A stretch of DNA of 64,000 nt from an uncultured Verrucomicrobiae bacterium (GCA_963812605.1 CAWEWF010000014.1:128001-192000), one strand, 5' to 3'; numbered from the stretch's first letter, positions 1 to 10,531 are shown. Made by a program: numbers and translations. The notes: generated from the sequence alone by a model not told the origin.

Positions 1-1
1 G

Positions 2-127
2 GTCAGCGAAGGGAATTGGTCCTACCGCCTCGACAAAACGATGGCCGAACTCGACAACGATCCGCAACTTCTCCACAAAACGCAGATGTTCACGAAGCTG
101 GTAGAGGAGAGCCGCCGTCTGCCCTAA
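2..127 (+). CDS. 3' end of a gene truncated by the window edge, probably 4-alpha-glucanotransferase (MalQ)
   Basis: Frame 2 reads VSEGNWSYRLDKTMAELDNDPQLLHKTQMFTKLVEESRRLP*. GNWxYR resembles the amylomaltase C-terminal motif. Confidence 0.5.
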   Translation, partial: VSEGNWSYRLDKTMAELDNDPQLLHKTQMFTKLVEESRRLP

Positions 128-128
128 G

Positions 129-578
129 TTAATTGGCCGCCCTCACGTGGATCGTTCCGAGCACTTCCTCAGCATGGCCCGGGGCTTTCACCTTGCGGAA
201 GATTTTTTTGAGGGTGCCGTCGGGGGCGATGACGAAGGTGCTGCGTTCGATGCCCATGTACTTGCGACCGTACATCGATTTCTCCTTCCAGACGCCGTAC
301 GCCTCGGCGATTTTGTGGTCTTCGTCGGCGACGAGCGAGTAGGGGAGGCCGTGCTCGGCAATGAACTTTTCGTGCGACTCGGGTGAGTCGGGGCTAATGC
401 CAAGCACCACGGCGTCGTTGTCCTGGATCTTTTCGTAGAGGTCGCGGAACTCGCACGCTTCCGTGGTGCAACCGGGGGTAAAATCCTTGGGGTAGAAATA
501 AATGATGATGGTCGAGCCTTTGTTGGCCGCTAATTCGAGAAACGACGGGGCTTTATCGCCTTCCTTTAATTCCTTCAC
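129..578 (-). CDS. bcp: Peroxiredoxin Bcp (thioredoxin-dependent thiol peroxidase)
   Basis: YFYPKDFTPGCTTEAC motif; GIERSTFVI; AAGGAG RBS before the GTG start. Confidence 0.95.
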   Translation of the reverse strand: MKELKEGDKAPSFLELAANKGSTIIIYFYPKDFTPGCTTEACEFRDLYEKIQDNDAVVLGISPDSPESHEKFIAEHGLPYSLVADEDHKIAEAYGVWKEKSMYGRKYMGIERSTFVIAPDGTLKKIFRKVKAPGHAEEVLGTIHVRAAN

Positions 579-1242
579 GGTGATCTCCTTTCAACTTCAC
601 GCCAATTTTCGGGCACAGATCCGCAACTTCACATTGGATGCAGTCCGGGCGGCGCGCGATGCATCGTTTTCTTCCATGCCAGATTAGCAGGTGCGAGAAA
701 TCTATCCAGTCTTCTCGCGGCACTACCTTCATCAGCGCTTGCTCGATCTTTTCGGGCGTCGTCTGCCGGGTCAATCCCAGGCGTCGCGACAGGCGCATGA
801 CATGCGTGTCCACCACGATGCCTTCCGCTTTGCCGTAGGCGACGCCCAGGACGACGTTCGCCGTCTTGCGGCCGATACCATCGAGTTGGATGAGTTCATC
901 GAGCGTGGCGGGTACTTTGCCAGCATGATTTTTCGTGATCCCCAGGCAACAGTTGCGGATGGAGCGGGCTTTGTTGCGGAAGAAGCCGGTGCTGCGAATC
1001 AGCGACTCCAGATCCGTTAATTGCGCGTCAGCGAAATCCGTGGCGGTGCGATAGCGCTTGAAAAGCGCGGGGGTAACGAGGTTTACGCGGGTGTCGGTGC
1101 ATTGGGCGCTGAGAATCGTGGCGATGAGTAGTTGGAGCGGGTTGTCGTGGCGCAGAGCACAACGGGCATCAGGGTAAGCGGCCCGCAAGCGGCGAAGAAT
1201 GGCACGGTAGCGCGGCAACAATTTGCTCTTGGCAAGGCCCAC
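553..1242 (-). CDS. nth: Endonuclease III
   Basis: LSAQCTD, HhH motif LDGIGRKTANV, VDTHV, 4Fe-4S motif C-x6-C-x2-C-x5-C; GTG at 1242 is the likely start. Confidence 0.95.
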   Translation of the reverse strand: MGLAKSKLLPRYRAILRRLRAAYPDARCALRHDNPLQLLIATILSAQCTDTRVNLVTPALFKRYRTATDFADAQLTDLESLIRSTGFFRNKARSIRNCCLGITKNHAGKVPATLDELIQLDGIGRKTANVVLGVAYGKAEGIVVDTHVMRLSRRLGLTRQTTPEKIEQALMKVVPREDWIDFSHLLIWHGRKRCIARRPDCIQCEVADLCPKIGVKLKGDHREGIKGRR

Positions 1243-1324
1243 GGTTCGCAGTATAGCATAGGTGTAAGAACACACGCAGTTACACCGTCGCTATTTCAAA
1301 AAAGAGGAAGAGGAGAGAGTAATT

Positions 1325-1637
1325 ATGGCCCACGTTGTGGCTGAACCCTGTATCGGTTGCAAATTCACCGATTGCGTGGAGGTTTGTCCGGTCAACTGTT
1401 TCTACGAGGTTGAGGATCGGTTGTACATCCATCCCGACGAATGCATCGACTGCACTGCCTGTGTTCCGGTTTGCCCGGTGGAGGCGATTTTCACCGAGAG
1501 CGACCTGCCGGCAAAGTGGAACAGCTTCATTGCCGAGAACCGCGACAAAGTGGCCGGTGCCACCAACATCACCGTCAAGAAAGAGCCGCTTGGGCAAGGA
1601 CAAGCCCGAGTGCAAGCCAGGCGCACGCAAACCCTAG
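1325..1637 (+). CDS. fdxA: 7Fe (FdxA-type) ferredoxin; probable 1-nt insertion near 1592, true C-terminus likely [14 protein letters not shown]
   Basis: [15 protein letters not shown] and [12 protein letters not shown] motifs; GAAGGAG RBS. Removing one G of the GGG at 1592-1594 gives a stop at 1635-1637 abutting the convergent gene. Confidence 0.88.
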
Positions 1638-3244
1638 TCATGTGCGGCTTCGGGGCCGCTCTTGGGTGTCGTTGTGGCGGCGCCGCCTTCGCCTGATTGC
1701 TCGACGAGTTGGTAGATCGGCAGGTAGCGGTAATATACTTCGAGAATCAAGGCCCCCAATGCGGTGGAGTAGGCGGGTGTGTTGGCGAGGTCTTTGCCTT
1801 CGATCTTGCTGTTGGGGGGTGGCATCCAGCGTCCGTCGTCCTGCTGGTTCCTGACCATCGTGTCGCGGATTTGGCCATTCCAATACGACCAGTAGAAACT
1901 GCCGCCCTGGAACATGGCTTGCGTCATGTAGTACCAACCGTACATCACGTAATCGCCCTGGCTCTTGCCCCAGTCAACTTTCTGTTCACGCAAGTAGTCC
2001 AGCGCACCCTTGAGGCGCGGGTCCTTGCCGTTACCGAGGAACTGCTGGCATAAAACGCCGACGGCGGTCATGGACGGCCAACGCTCCGGCTTTTGGTACC
2101 CGAAGCCGGGGTTCTTGGTGTCGTACATGTTCCAGAGATATTGCGTGGCCTTGTCGAAAACGGGCTGGGGAATCTCAATGCCCGCCGCCCGGGCCGACTT
2201 CAAGGCCATGATCATCCATCCCGTAACCGATACATCGGAGTCGTTGGACAAAGGGTGATAGCGCCACCCGCCAACATCCTGCGGTTTCTCTTTCGCCGCC
2301 GCTTGTCCCCTGAAGATCGCTTGCAACGCCCGATCCAGCGGCTCGCGCAGCGCCGGCGACTGCGTCATGGCGTAGCCTTCCGAAAGCGCCAGCACAACCA
2401 GGCCCTGCGAATAGCCATACGCAATGTCGTTTTCCTGGGAGACGCCGATGATCAGCCCGTTACTGTCGACATGATGCACCAGGTACTCCAATCCTTTGCT
2501 GACCGCCTGGCCGAACTCGGTTGAATCGGGCGTTTCACCGTGCCCGAGAAATGCCAGCGTCGCCAACGCCGCGCCTGCCGGTGCGCTGGAGCCGCATTTC
2601 CACGAGCCGTCCTGCTCCTGGTTGGCCTTTAACCAGCGGAGGGCCGCGATAACGGCCTTTTCGGTCTCGGCGCTGCCCTGGAATTTATTCAGGTTAATCG
2701 CGCGCTGTGGGCCCATGCGTGCCCCGAGAATGCCGCCGCCGGGACCCTTGATTCCGGTGGTGCCGATCTTCGTCTCACCCATCCCGCTCATCGGCGTCAG
2801 GCCCACGCCGCTCGGGCCACCGACGGGCCGCGCAATCGCCGTGGCTACGTCACTCATCACGCCAATGACTTCGGCGGCATTGTCCTGGTTGGCCTGTGCG
2901 GACGGAGTCAAGATGTGGGCCTCGTAGGTTTCCGGTGTGCCACCGGCGGTGGGCACGCCGCCCGCGCCTTTCCCGGGCGTTCCGCCGCCACCGCCAACCG
3001 TCGGGCCTTTGTACTCGAAATTTCGATACACCGCGTTTGGGTCGTCGGGTTCCTTGTCAGACGCGGGTGGGGGCAGGGGCGCGCCTTCAAAGGAGGCAAC
3101 GATTTTCGGGAGGATGGCCACGATTTTGATCGATCCGAGAACAGCCAGCAATGCCACATGGAACAGCAGCGCGATGATGAAGTAGCGCATGAGGCGCGTT
3201 TGCGCCATCAACCACGCCAGGAATTTGCTGGTGATAACTTTCAT
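1634..3244 (-). CDS. Membrane-anchored prenyltransferase/squalene-oxidase-repeat (alpha/alpha barrel) protein with a TonB/TolA-like N-terminal anchor and Pro/Gly-rich linker
   Basis: TM segment [15 protein letters not shown]; PLPPP and [13 protein letters not shown] linker; QW-like repeats QEQDGSW, GGWRY, QQDDGRW; C-terminal LEVYYRYLP. Confidence 0.8.
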   Translation of the reverse strand: MKVITSKFLAWLMAQTRLMRYFIIALLFHVALLAVLGSIKIVAILPKIVASFEGAPLPPPASDKEPDDPNAVYRNFEYKGPTVGGGGGTPGKGAGGVPTAGGTPETYEAHILTPSAQANQDNAAEVIGVMSDVATAIARPVGGPSGVGLTPMSGMGETKIGTTGIKGPGGGILGARMGPQRAINLNKFQGSAETEKAVIAALRWLKANQEQDGSWKCGSSAPAGAALATLAFLGHGETPDSTEFGQAVSKGLEYLVHHVDSNGLIIGVSQENDIAYGYSQGLVVLALSEGYAMTQSPALREPLDRALQAIFRGQAAAKEKPQDVGGWRYHPLSNDSDVSVTGWMIMALKSARAAGIEIPQPVFDKATQYLWNMYDTKNPGFGYQKPERWPSMTAVGVLCQQFLGNGKDPRLKGALDYLREQKVDWGKSQGDYVMYGWYYMTQAMFQGGSFYWSYWNGQIRDTMVRNQQDDGRWMPPPNSKIEGKDLANTPAYSTALGALILEVYYRYLPIYQLVEQSGEGGAATTTPKSGPEAAHD

Positions 3245-3247
3245 GGC

Positions 3248-6234
3248 TCACGGTTGCGCTGGGGGCGCCGGCAGGGCAGTCAATTCCTGCTTCGCGTCGG
3301 CAACAAATTTTCCCGCGGGAAATCGGCGGAGATAAGCTTGAAACGCGCTGCGCGCCGCCTCGATGTTGCCCAGGACCTTGTGGCATTGTCCGCTGCGGAA
3401 CGCTGCTTCCTCGCCGCGCGGGCCGCTGGTCAGCAGAGCCACGCGCAGGTAGTACGCGAGCGCGGCCTTCTTGTTTTCCTTCTCGTTGTCCCGAAGGTTA
3501 AAGAAGTAGTTGCCGAGCAGGAACGCGGCCTCGCCGGCATTTTCGCCCTTGGCGACGGCCATGACTTTGTTAAGGAGGTCGACCGCTTTCACGTTCGCGG
3601 GATCTTTCGGGTCGGAATCCTTGCCGCGGGCCAGATAGACCTTCGCGAGGCCCAATTCGGCGTCGATGTGCGGCGGGCCCTGAGGATTGGCAGCAATCAT
3701 CTGGTTGAAGGCTTTTTCAGCATCATCCAACTGGCTTCAGCCCGAGGCTCGCTTCCCCGATGCCGACCAGAGCGAGGGGTTCGGTGCGTGCGTCGTCGGA
3801 ATAGAGCGCGAGCGCCTTCTGGTAGGCGTCCCGCGCCTGTGCAAATTCCTGATGACGGAGCAGGGCGTTGCCGGCGGCGAGATAACTGCTGGACAGCAAG
3901 TGGTCCTTCTCCGGATCGGAGAGAAGTTTCAGCGCGGCGGTGTAGGCCCGCTGCGTGTCGTTTTCACCAAGGGCCAGGTCGATGGTGCTCGTGGCCGTGG
4001 CGATGCGGACATTGACGTTCTGCTGGTACTGGGTCGCCAGTTGATCGAGCGTGGCATAGGCGTCGGCTGAGTTTCTTCGCCTTGCGATAAAGTGCGGCAA
4101 TCTGGGCAACCGCCACACGCGCCGCGATGGGCTCGTCCTTGAACTTGCTGAGAAACTCCTCGCAGCTCGTCACGGCATCGGCGATGGCACCGCGACCTTC
4201 CAAAATACTCGCGATGCGCAGTTCGGAGGCGATGGCGACATTGCGGAGGTCTTCCGTAAGATTCGCTGAGGCTGCCGCGCGATCGATGAGGTTCCGGTAT
4301 TCGGCCATCGCCTCGTCCGGTTTTTTGTCGGTTTCAAGTTGGGAGGCAATCGCGAAGAGGGCGTTGCCGGCGCGCGCGTGGTTCGGGTAGCGTTTCACGA
4401 AGTCGCGGAGCGCGGCGATCCTTTCTGCGGTCTTCTTTTCGCCGGCATAACAATCGGCGATTTCATAGGCGGCGAACGGCGCCAGCTCAACCTCGGGATA
4501 TTTGTCCACAAGCTGCTGGTAGGCGGCGATGGCGGCCTCGAACTTTGATTGCGCGAATTGATTGCGGGCGATCTGGTAGAGCGCCTCCGGAACGAGGCGA
4601 TTATCGGGCCAGTGGTTGACGAATTCCTGGAACGAGGCAATCGCCTTCTCGAAGTTCGCCGTCGTCGTCGGCTTACCGGACGGATCAACGTCCTGCGCGC
4701 CGAGGTAGGCATAGAGATAGCCGAGTTGGAACGTGACTTCCGGGAGTAACTCGCTGTTCGGGAACTTCGCGCGAATCAGTTCGTAGTTCTTCACCGCGTT
4801 CGTCAGGTTTGCCTGAACCATCTTGGGGTCGGTCGCCTTCTGGGAAATCTCAAAATAGGAGCGGCCGAGGCGGAACAGCGCGTCGGGCACGAGTTTGCCG
4901 GTCGGATGCTTTTGCAGGAACGCCATGAAGCTGTCGCGAGCGCGGTCGAAATCGTGGAGACCGTAGTAACAAGCGGCGATGCGGAAGTCGGCAGTCTCCA
5001 AAAGTTGCGGATCCTTGTTGGTGGCGGCAAATTTCTGGAAACGGTCGAGGGCTTCCTGAAATTGGCCCGAGCCAAAGAGCGTTTCCGCCTGGAGGAACAG
5101 GGCATCGGTGGAGAAGGTGCTGGTGGGATACTTTTTTTGAAAGGCCTTCGACTCGAGGTCGGCCTCGGCAAGGTCATGGCGCTCGGTGAGCACCTGAATG
5201 AAAGCGAACTGGGCCTGCTCGGCAAGCTTGTCGTTGGGGTAGATGTTCAAGAACTCGCGATAGACCACACTGGCCTCTTCGGGACGTCCGAGTAATTGAT
5301 AGCAGTTGGCCATGCGGAAGAGGGCTGAGGCGCGCAGATCAGGGCCCGCTTTGAACTTGGTTTGAAGTTGTTGCAATTCACCCAATCGCGCCCCGTATTC
5401 GGCCACTGCGCTGCGTCGCAGATATCCTGCCCGCTGGGCTTCCAGTTCATTGATTTCCTCCTGGATGCGCTCGAGGAGCCCACTTCTGGACTGGACACGT
5501 TTGTAATAAGTGATGGCATCCGCGTAACGCTTGGCGTCGAACATGGCTTCGCCAGCGAGGAAGAGGCCTTCGGTGGCGCGCGGATTACCGCGTTGCGCGG
5601 CGATTTGCCGGTAGATCTGATGGGCGTCATCGTAATTCTTTTCAGCGGTCAGGATCTGGCCGAGGAGAAAGAGCGCGTCAAGGGAGGCGACGGGATCATC
5701 CGTAAACCGGGCTCGCGCCGCTTGCACAACAGCCTTGGCGTCTTTCAGGTCATTCTGTTTAAAGAGCGTCCAGGCCTCGCCGAGCATTGCCTGCGAGAGC
5801 ATCGCGTGCTTCGGGTATTGCGTTTCGAACTGGCGGTAGAGATCGATGGCTTTCGGATAATTTTTCAATTCACGGTAGCACTCGGCCTCTTTGAGGATGG
5901 CTTCGGGAATGATGGGGGCGGTCGGGTAGGCCTTGATGAGGCGGGCGAAGGTATCAATTGCCTCCTGATACCGGTGCAGCCCGATCCAGCACCAGCCCTG
6001 GAAGTAGATCGCCTGCGGTACGGCTGTGCTCAACTTATTTTGGCTCTCGTATTTTTGAAAGGCGACGAGCGCTTCGGTCATCTTGCCGTCGTCGTACAGT
6101 TGGCGCGCGTCGGTGAAACCCTTTTCCGTGACCGATTCTGGCGCTTGCGCCAGCGCCGGCCGCATCCGTCCCGAAACCAATAACAGGGTCATCCACAGAG
6201 CCAAGAGACGAGGAATGTTGCGCGCCGGCATCAT
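3248..6234 (-). CDS. Large (about 990 aa) secreted TPR protein with CpoB/BamD-like repeats; split by two frameshifts (about 4070 and 3730)
   Basis: Signal peptide MMPARNIPRLLALWMTLLLVSG; many YP..S..A..A.F/Y TPR units; ORFs 3964-6300, 3723-4118 and 3248-3730 join; ATGA overlap with the exbD stop. Confidence 0.8.
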
Positions 6235-6659
6235 TGGGTGGAAGCCACGTTTTCGGCGAGCGGACGGAACGCGACCTTGGTCAGGTGCGCCTGGGCACAA
6301 GCATCCAGCGCGCCGATCACATCCTGATAGCTGGTTTCGGGCTCGGCCTCGATGACGATGGTCGTGTCCTGGCCGATGGTGGCCAGTTGCAGCATGGCGT
6401 CGCGGAGGCTGACGATGTCGTAGGTATTGGCATCGTTGACGACGATATTGTCCTTATCCTTGACGTGCAACACAATGTCGAGCGGCACCTGCGTGGGGGC
6501 GACCCTGGCGCTGACCAGCGGCAGTTTGGCGTCGATGCGCTTCTCGCGTTTGTCGAAGGTGGAGAAGCTCATGTAGAAAATGAGCAGGATAAGAATCGTG
6601 TCGATCATCGGGATGATCTCGACGCGACCGCGCTTCATGGCTCGCCGTTTGAGTTTCAT
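6231..6659 (-). CDS. exbD: ExbD/TolR family biopolymer transport protein (copy 2)
   Basis: EIIPMIDTILILLIFYM TM with the conserved Asp; IEAEPETSYQDVIGALD periplasmic motif. Confidence 0.9.
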   Translation of the reverse strand: MKLKRRAMKRGRVEIIPMIDTILILLIFYMSFSTFDKREKRIDAKLPLVSARVAPTQVPLDIVLHVKDKDNIVVNDANTYDIVSLRDAMLQLATIGQDTTIVIEAEPETSYQDVIGALDACAQAHLTKVAFRPLAENVASTQ

Positions 6660-7066
6660 TTTTCCAACGTCGCGAACGTAACATCGGCAATGCCCGCCCG
6701 GGAACAGACCTTCATGAAAGCGCTGAGGTCCTTATAGGTCATTTCGCGGCTGCCGCGCAGGATCAGCGAGTTCAGGCCCGGGTCCGCCGCCTTCATGCGG
6801 CGCAACAAATCCGGCAAGTCATCGACCTTGTAGGGATGACCGCCCACCGTTACGTCGTCGGAGGAAAACATATTGACGATAATCTGGTTGGGCGTCTTCT
6901 TGAACTCATCGCCGGAGACGGACTGCGGCAGTTTGATATTGGCTTCCCGCTCCATTTCCGCGAACCGCGAGAAGCTCATGTAAAAAATCAGCAGGATGAC
7001 GATCGTGTCGATCATCGGGATGATCTCGACCCGTCCGCGTTTGATCTTGCGACGCTTGACCTTCAT
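6656..7066 (-). CDS. exbD: ExbD/TolR family biopolymer transport protein (copy 1)
   Basis: EIIPMIDTIVILLIFYM TM with the conserved Asp; LILRGSREMTYKDL motif. Confidence 0.9.
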   Translation of the reverse strand: MKVKRRKIKRGRVEIIPMIDTIVILLIFYMSFSRFAEMEREANIKLPQSVSGDEFKKTPNQIIVNMFSSDDVTVGGHPYKVDDLPDLLRRMKAADPGLNSLILRGSREMTYKDLSAFMKVCSRAGIADVTFATLEK

Positions 7067-7075
7067 CGGCCGGGC

Positions 7076-7837
7076 TTAATGCTGGATGGAGGATTTGAGG
7101 ATGACCATCAATTCGGTGAGGCCCCGTTCCATATCCATAAGGATGGCCTCCTTTTTGCCGGTGAAATAGTTGTAGGCGAAAAGCGCGGGAATAGCGACGG
7201 CCAGACCGGTTGCGGTATTGATCAAGGCCTCGGAAATGCCGCCGGCCAACTTGGTCGGATCACTCATCCCGATGGCGGCCACGATGCTGAACGACTTGAT
7301 CATGCCGACCGTCGTACCCAGCAGCCCGAGGAGCGGACACAGGGTCACCATGGAATCGAGTTGGGGCAGGTACTTTTCCATGGAGATCATTTCCTTGGTC
7401 ACCGCGCCCTCCGCAAGACCTTCAACCTGCTCGGGCGCGTAGCCATCGCGGGCGGCCTGGATGGTGGTGCGGATCACCCGGCCCGCGACGCCGGGGGCGT
7501 GTTCGATCGCGGTGAGCGCTTCCGAGAGTGTGCCCGCCTGTTTGATCTTCAGGATCAACTCCTCGGCGTTGCCTGTCGCGCCGCGATAATACATGAACCG
7601 TTCGATGAGAAGCGTCACAGTCAGGATTGAGCAAGCGACGAGCACGAAGAAGACATAAGGAGGGGTCTTCGCGACCTCCCAGATCATTGCAAAAGCGCTT
7701 TTCTGGACGACAGGAGTCGCGGCGGCGGTCGCTTCCTGGGCCTGGGCCAGAAAGGCCTGGCCGATGAAAACAACAGCGGACGCTGTCAAAAAAACGCGGA
7801 ACGCAATTCGGGATGCTCTAGTAGATAGTACCGGCAT
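7076..7837 (-). CDS. exbB: MotA/TolQ/ExbB proton channel family protein
   Basis: PLLGLLGTTVGMIKSF and GGISEALINTATGLAVAIPA with the conserved Thr residues. Confidence 0.93.
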   Translation of the reverse strand: MPVLSTRASRIAFRVFLTASAVVFIGQAFLAQAQEATAAATPVVQKSAFAMIWEVAKTPPYVFFVLVACSILTVTLLIERFMYYRGATGNAEELILKIKQAGTLSEALTAIEHAPGVAGRVIRTTIQAARDGYAPEQVEGLAEGAVTKEMISMEKYLPQLDSMVTLCPLLGLLGTTVGMIKSFSIVAAIGMSDPTKLAGGISEALINTATGLAVAIPALFAYNYFTGKKEAILMDMERGLTELMVILKSSIQH

Positions 7838-7990
7838 GGTGGTGACCTCCGATTAGGAACGCTGGCAACATCGTCGCGTCGAGTTTATAGGTACTCGCGG
7901 CAAACATGGCAAACACTTTCCCTCGCGAACCTGGCGATGGATTACCTGTCCCGCAGTCTGTCGAACGCGCCTGGAAATCAACCGGGAAAG

Positions 7991-10105
7991 CTAATGGGTC
8001 TTCGCTTCCGCGTCTTTCTCGGCCATCGCCGCCCGGCGACTGAGCTTGACGCGGCCCCGGTCATCGATCCCGAGCACTTTGACCCAGGCTTCATCGCCGA
8101 GTTTCAGCACGTCTTCCACCTTGTTGACACGGTGGTCGGCAATTTCGCTGATATGCAGGAGGCCATCGCGGTCGGGCATGATCTCCACGAAAGCGCCGAA
8201 TTCCTTGATGCCAACGACCTTGCCACGGTAGATTTTGCCGACTTCGACTTCGGCGGTGATGGACTTGATCTGTTCGATGGCGCGGTCAGCGGCTTCGCCG
8301 TCCGTTGAGAAGATGTGGATTGTGCCGTCGTCCTCGATGTCGATCTGGCAGCCGGTGGCTTCCACGATTCCCTTGATGACCTTGCCTTGCGGCCCGATGA
8401 CGGCGCCGATCTTCTCGGGGTTGATGTGGATGGCGGTGATGCGCGGCGCGTACTTGGAGAGGTCGGCGCGGTTCGTCTTGATCGTCTCATTCATCTTATC
8501 GAGGATCAAACCACGCGCTTCACGGGCCTGTTCGAACGCCTGACGGGTCAACTCGAGAGTCAAACCATGCAGTTTGAGGTCGGTCTGGAAACCGGTGATG
8601 CCTTTGCGGGTGCCGGCCACCTTGAAATCCATGTCGCCGAAATGATCTTCGGAACCGAGGATATCGGTGAGCATGGCGGACTTGCCGGTCTTCTCGTCCA
8701 CGACGAGACCGATGGAAATGCCCGCGACCGGGGACTTCATTGGCACACCGGCATCGAGCAGGGAAAGAGTCGCACCGCAGACGCTCGCCATCGAGGTCGA
8801 ACCGTTTGATTCCATGATCTCGGAGGTCACGCGAATGGTGTAGGGGAAATCCACTTCGTCGGGGATCATCGGTTCGACGGAACGCTCGGCGAGCGCGCCA
8901 TGGCCGATTTCGCGGCGACCCGGAGCGCCGGTGCGGCCGGTTTCGCCGACGCTGAACGGCGGGAAGTTGTAATGGAGGATGAATTTCTTTTCCGTCGGAC
9001 CACCCGTCCACGCGTCCATATCTTGCGTATCGGATTTTGAGCCCAGCGTGGTCATGACCAGGGCCTGCGTTTCGCCGCGCTGGAAAATGGCGGAGCCATG
9101 CGTGCGGGGCAGGATGCCGACTTCACAGTGCAGCGGACGAAGATCGCGCGAGCCGCGGCCGTCGGGGCGCTTGTTGTCATTGACGATGGAATTACGGATG
9201 GCGTCGTTCTGAATCTTGTGGAACGCCTCCTTGAGCTCGAAGGGGGTGATGTCCGGGAATTTCTTCTTGAGGCCCTCGACCAGTTTCTCCTTGCAGGCGT
9301 GTTCGGCCGCGTGACGGGCGAGCTTGCCCGGGGTGAGAATGGCGCCGAGGATTTGACCGCCAATGAGTTCGCGGGCGGCGGCCTGGATTTCCGGGCTGAC
9401 GGTGTACAACTTCACCTGGCGCTTGGGTTTGCCGGCCATTTTCACGAGTTCGTTAATACCGGCGACAATCTTCTGGGCGTGGCCATGGGCGAATTCGACC
9501 GCCTTCATCATGTCCGCCTCGGAAATTTCCTGGCCGGCGCCTTCGATCATGACGAGGTCTTTTTCGTTGCCGACGTAAACGAGGTCGAGATCGCTGTCTT
9601 TGCGTTGTTCGTGCGTGGGGTTGACGATGAGTTCACCGCCGACGCGAGCGACGCGGACCGCGGCGATGGGGCCGTGCCAGGGAATATCGGAAACCGCCAG
9701 CGCCGCCGACGCGCCATTGATCGCGAGCATGTCGGGATCATTCACGACATCCGCGCTGAGCAAGATGGCGATGATTTGCGTGTCGTTGTAAAAGCCTTCG
9801 GGAAACAGCGGGCGGCAGGGACGGTCGATCATGCGCGCGGTGAGGATTTCCTTCTCGGTCGGTCGGCCTTCGCGCTTGAAATAGCCGCCGGGGAATTTGC
9901 CTGCCGCCGCCGCTTTTTCGCGGTAGTCAACGGTGAGTGGAAAAAAGTCGAGTTCGTCGCGGGTGGAATTGCTCGCGACCGCGGTGACGATCAGGACGGT
10001 TTCGCCGTAGGTGACAACGGCGGCGCCGTCGGCCTGTTTGGCGAGTTTGCCGGTTTCGATGATGAGTTCTTTGTCCCCGATGGGGACGCGTACGGTGTGC
10101 TGCAT
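7991..10105 (-). CDS. pnp: Polyribonucleotide nucleotidyltransferase (PNPase)
   Basis: FFPLTVDYRE, RREIGHGALA, SNGSTSMASVC, GDMDFKVAG, KH and S1 domains; lies downstream of rpsO. Confidence 0.98.
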   Translation of the reverse strand: MQHTVRVPIGDKELIIETGKLAKQADGAAVVTYGETVLIVTAVASNSTRDELDFFPLTVDYREKAAAAGKFPGGYFKREGRPTEKEILTARMIDRPCRPLFPEGFYNDTQIIAILLSADVVNDPDMLAINGASAALAVSDIPWHGPIAAVRVARVGGELIVNPTHEQRKDSDLDLVYVGNEKDLVMIEGAGQEISEADMMKAVEFAHGHAQKIVAGINELVKMAGKPKRQVKLYTVSPEIQAAARELIGGQILGAILTPGKLARHAAEHACKEKLVEGLKKKFPDITPFELKEAFHKIQNDAIRNSIVNDNKRPDGRGSRDLRPLHCEVGILPRTHGSAIFQRGETQALVMTTLGSKSDTQDMDAWTGGPTEKKFILHYNFPPFSVGETGRTGAPGRREIGHGALAERSVEPMIPDEVDFPYTIRVTSEIMESNGSTSMASVCGATLSLLDAGVPMKSPVAGISIGLVVDEKTGKSAMLTDILGSEDHFGDMDFKVAGTRKGITGFQTDLKLHGLTLELTRQAFEQAREARGLILDKMNETIKTNRADLSKYAPRITAIHINPEKIGAVIGPQGKVIKGIVEATGCQIDIEDDGTIHIFSTDGEAADRAIEQIKSITAEVEVGKIYRGKVVGIKEFGAFVEIMPDRDGLLHISEIADHRVNKVEDVLKLGDEAWVKVLGIDDRGRVKLSRRAAMAEKDAEAKTH

Positions 10106-10133
10106 GCTGGGATTCGAACGCCCGGCAAGTATC

Positions 10134-10198
10134 GGATTAATGGAATGATGTCCGCCCGCGCCGCCTCGCGGAGTAAGCGGGCATCAATCCATCAATCC
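10134..10198 (-). promoter_or_regulatory. Long imperfect stem-loop in the rpsO-pnp intergenic leader (RNase III-type processing or terminator candidate)
   Basis: GGATTAATGGAATGATGTCCGC pairs with GCGGGCATCAATCCATCAATCC (22 bp, 3 mismatches) around an inner CCGCG/CGCGG stem. Confidence 0.6.
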
Positions 10199-10226
10199 TC
10201 CAACGCCTGCCGGGCCAATCGCCTTT

Positions 10227-10499
10227 CTACTTTCTGAGGTTGAGTTTCTTGATAAGTTCGGAGTAGCGCTTCGTGTCGGTATCGCTCAAATAATCGAGCA
10301 ACCGCCGCCGCTGACCTACCATTTTCAGCAGACCACGCCGCGAACTGTGGTCCTTCTTGTGCGTCTTTAAATGTTCGGTCAACTCGTTAATGCGCGAGGT
10401 CAGCAGGGCGACCTGCACGTCCGCCGAGCCCGTGTCTTTCGGGTGCAGCTGAAATTGTTTGGTGACTTCCGTCTTTTTTGCCAGGGCAATCGTTTCCAA
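10227..10499 (-). CDS. rpsO: 30S ribosomal protein S15
   Basis: [38 protein letters not shown]. Confidence 0.98.
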   Translation of the reverse strand: METIALAKKTEVTKQFQLHPKDTGSADVQVALLTSRINELTEHLKTHKKDHSSRRGLLKMVGQRRRLLDYLSDTDTKRYSELIKKLNLRK

Positions 10500-10531
10500 T
10501 GGTATTACGCCTTTCTCATTTGAACTCCGTC

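Noticed and set aside
1634-3244. Squalene-hopene cyclase / hopanoid cluster
   Set aside because: Single barrel, no DxDD motif, N-terminal TM with a long linker, and no hpn genes nearby.
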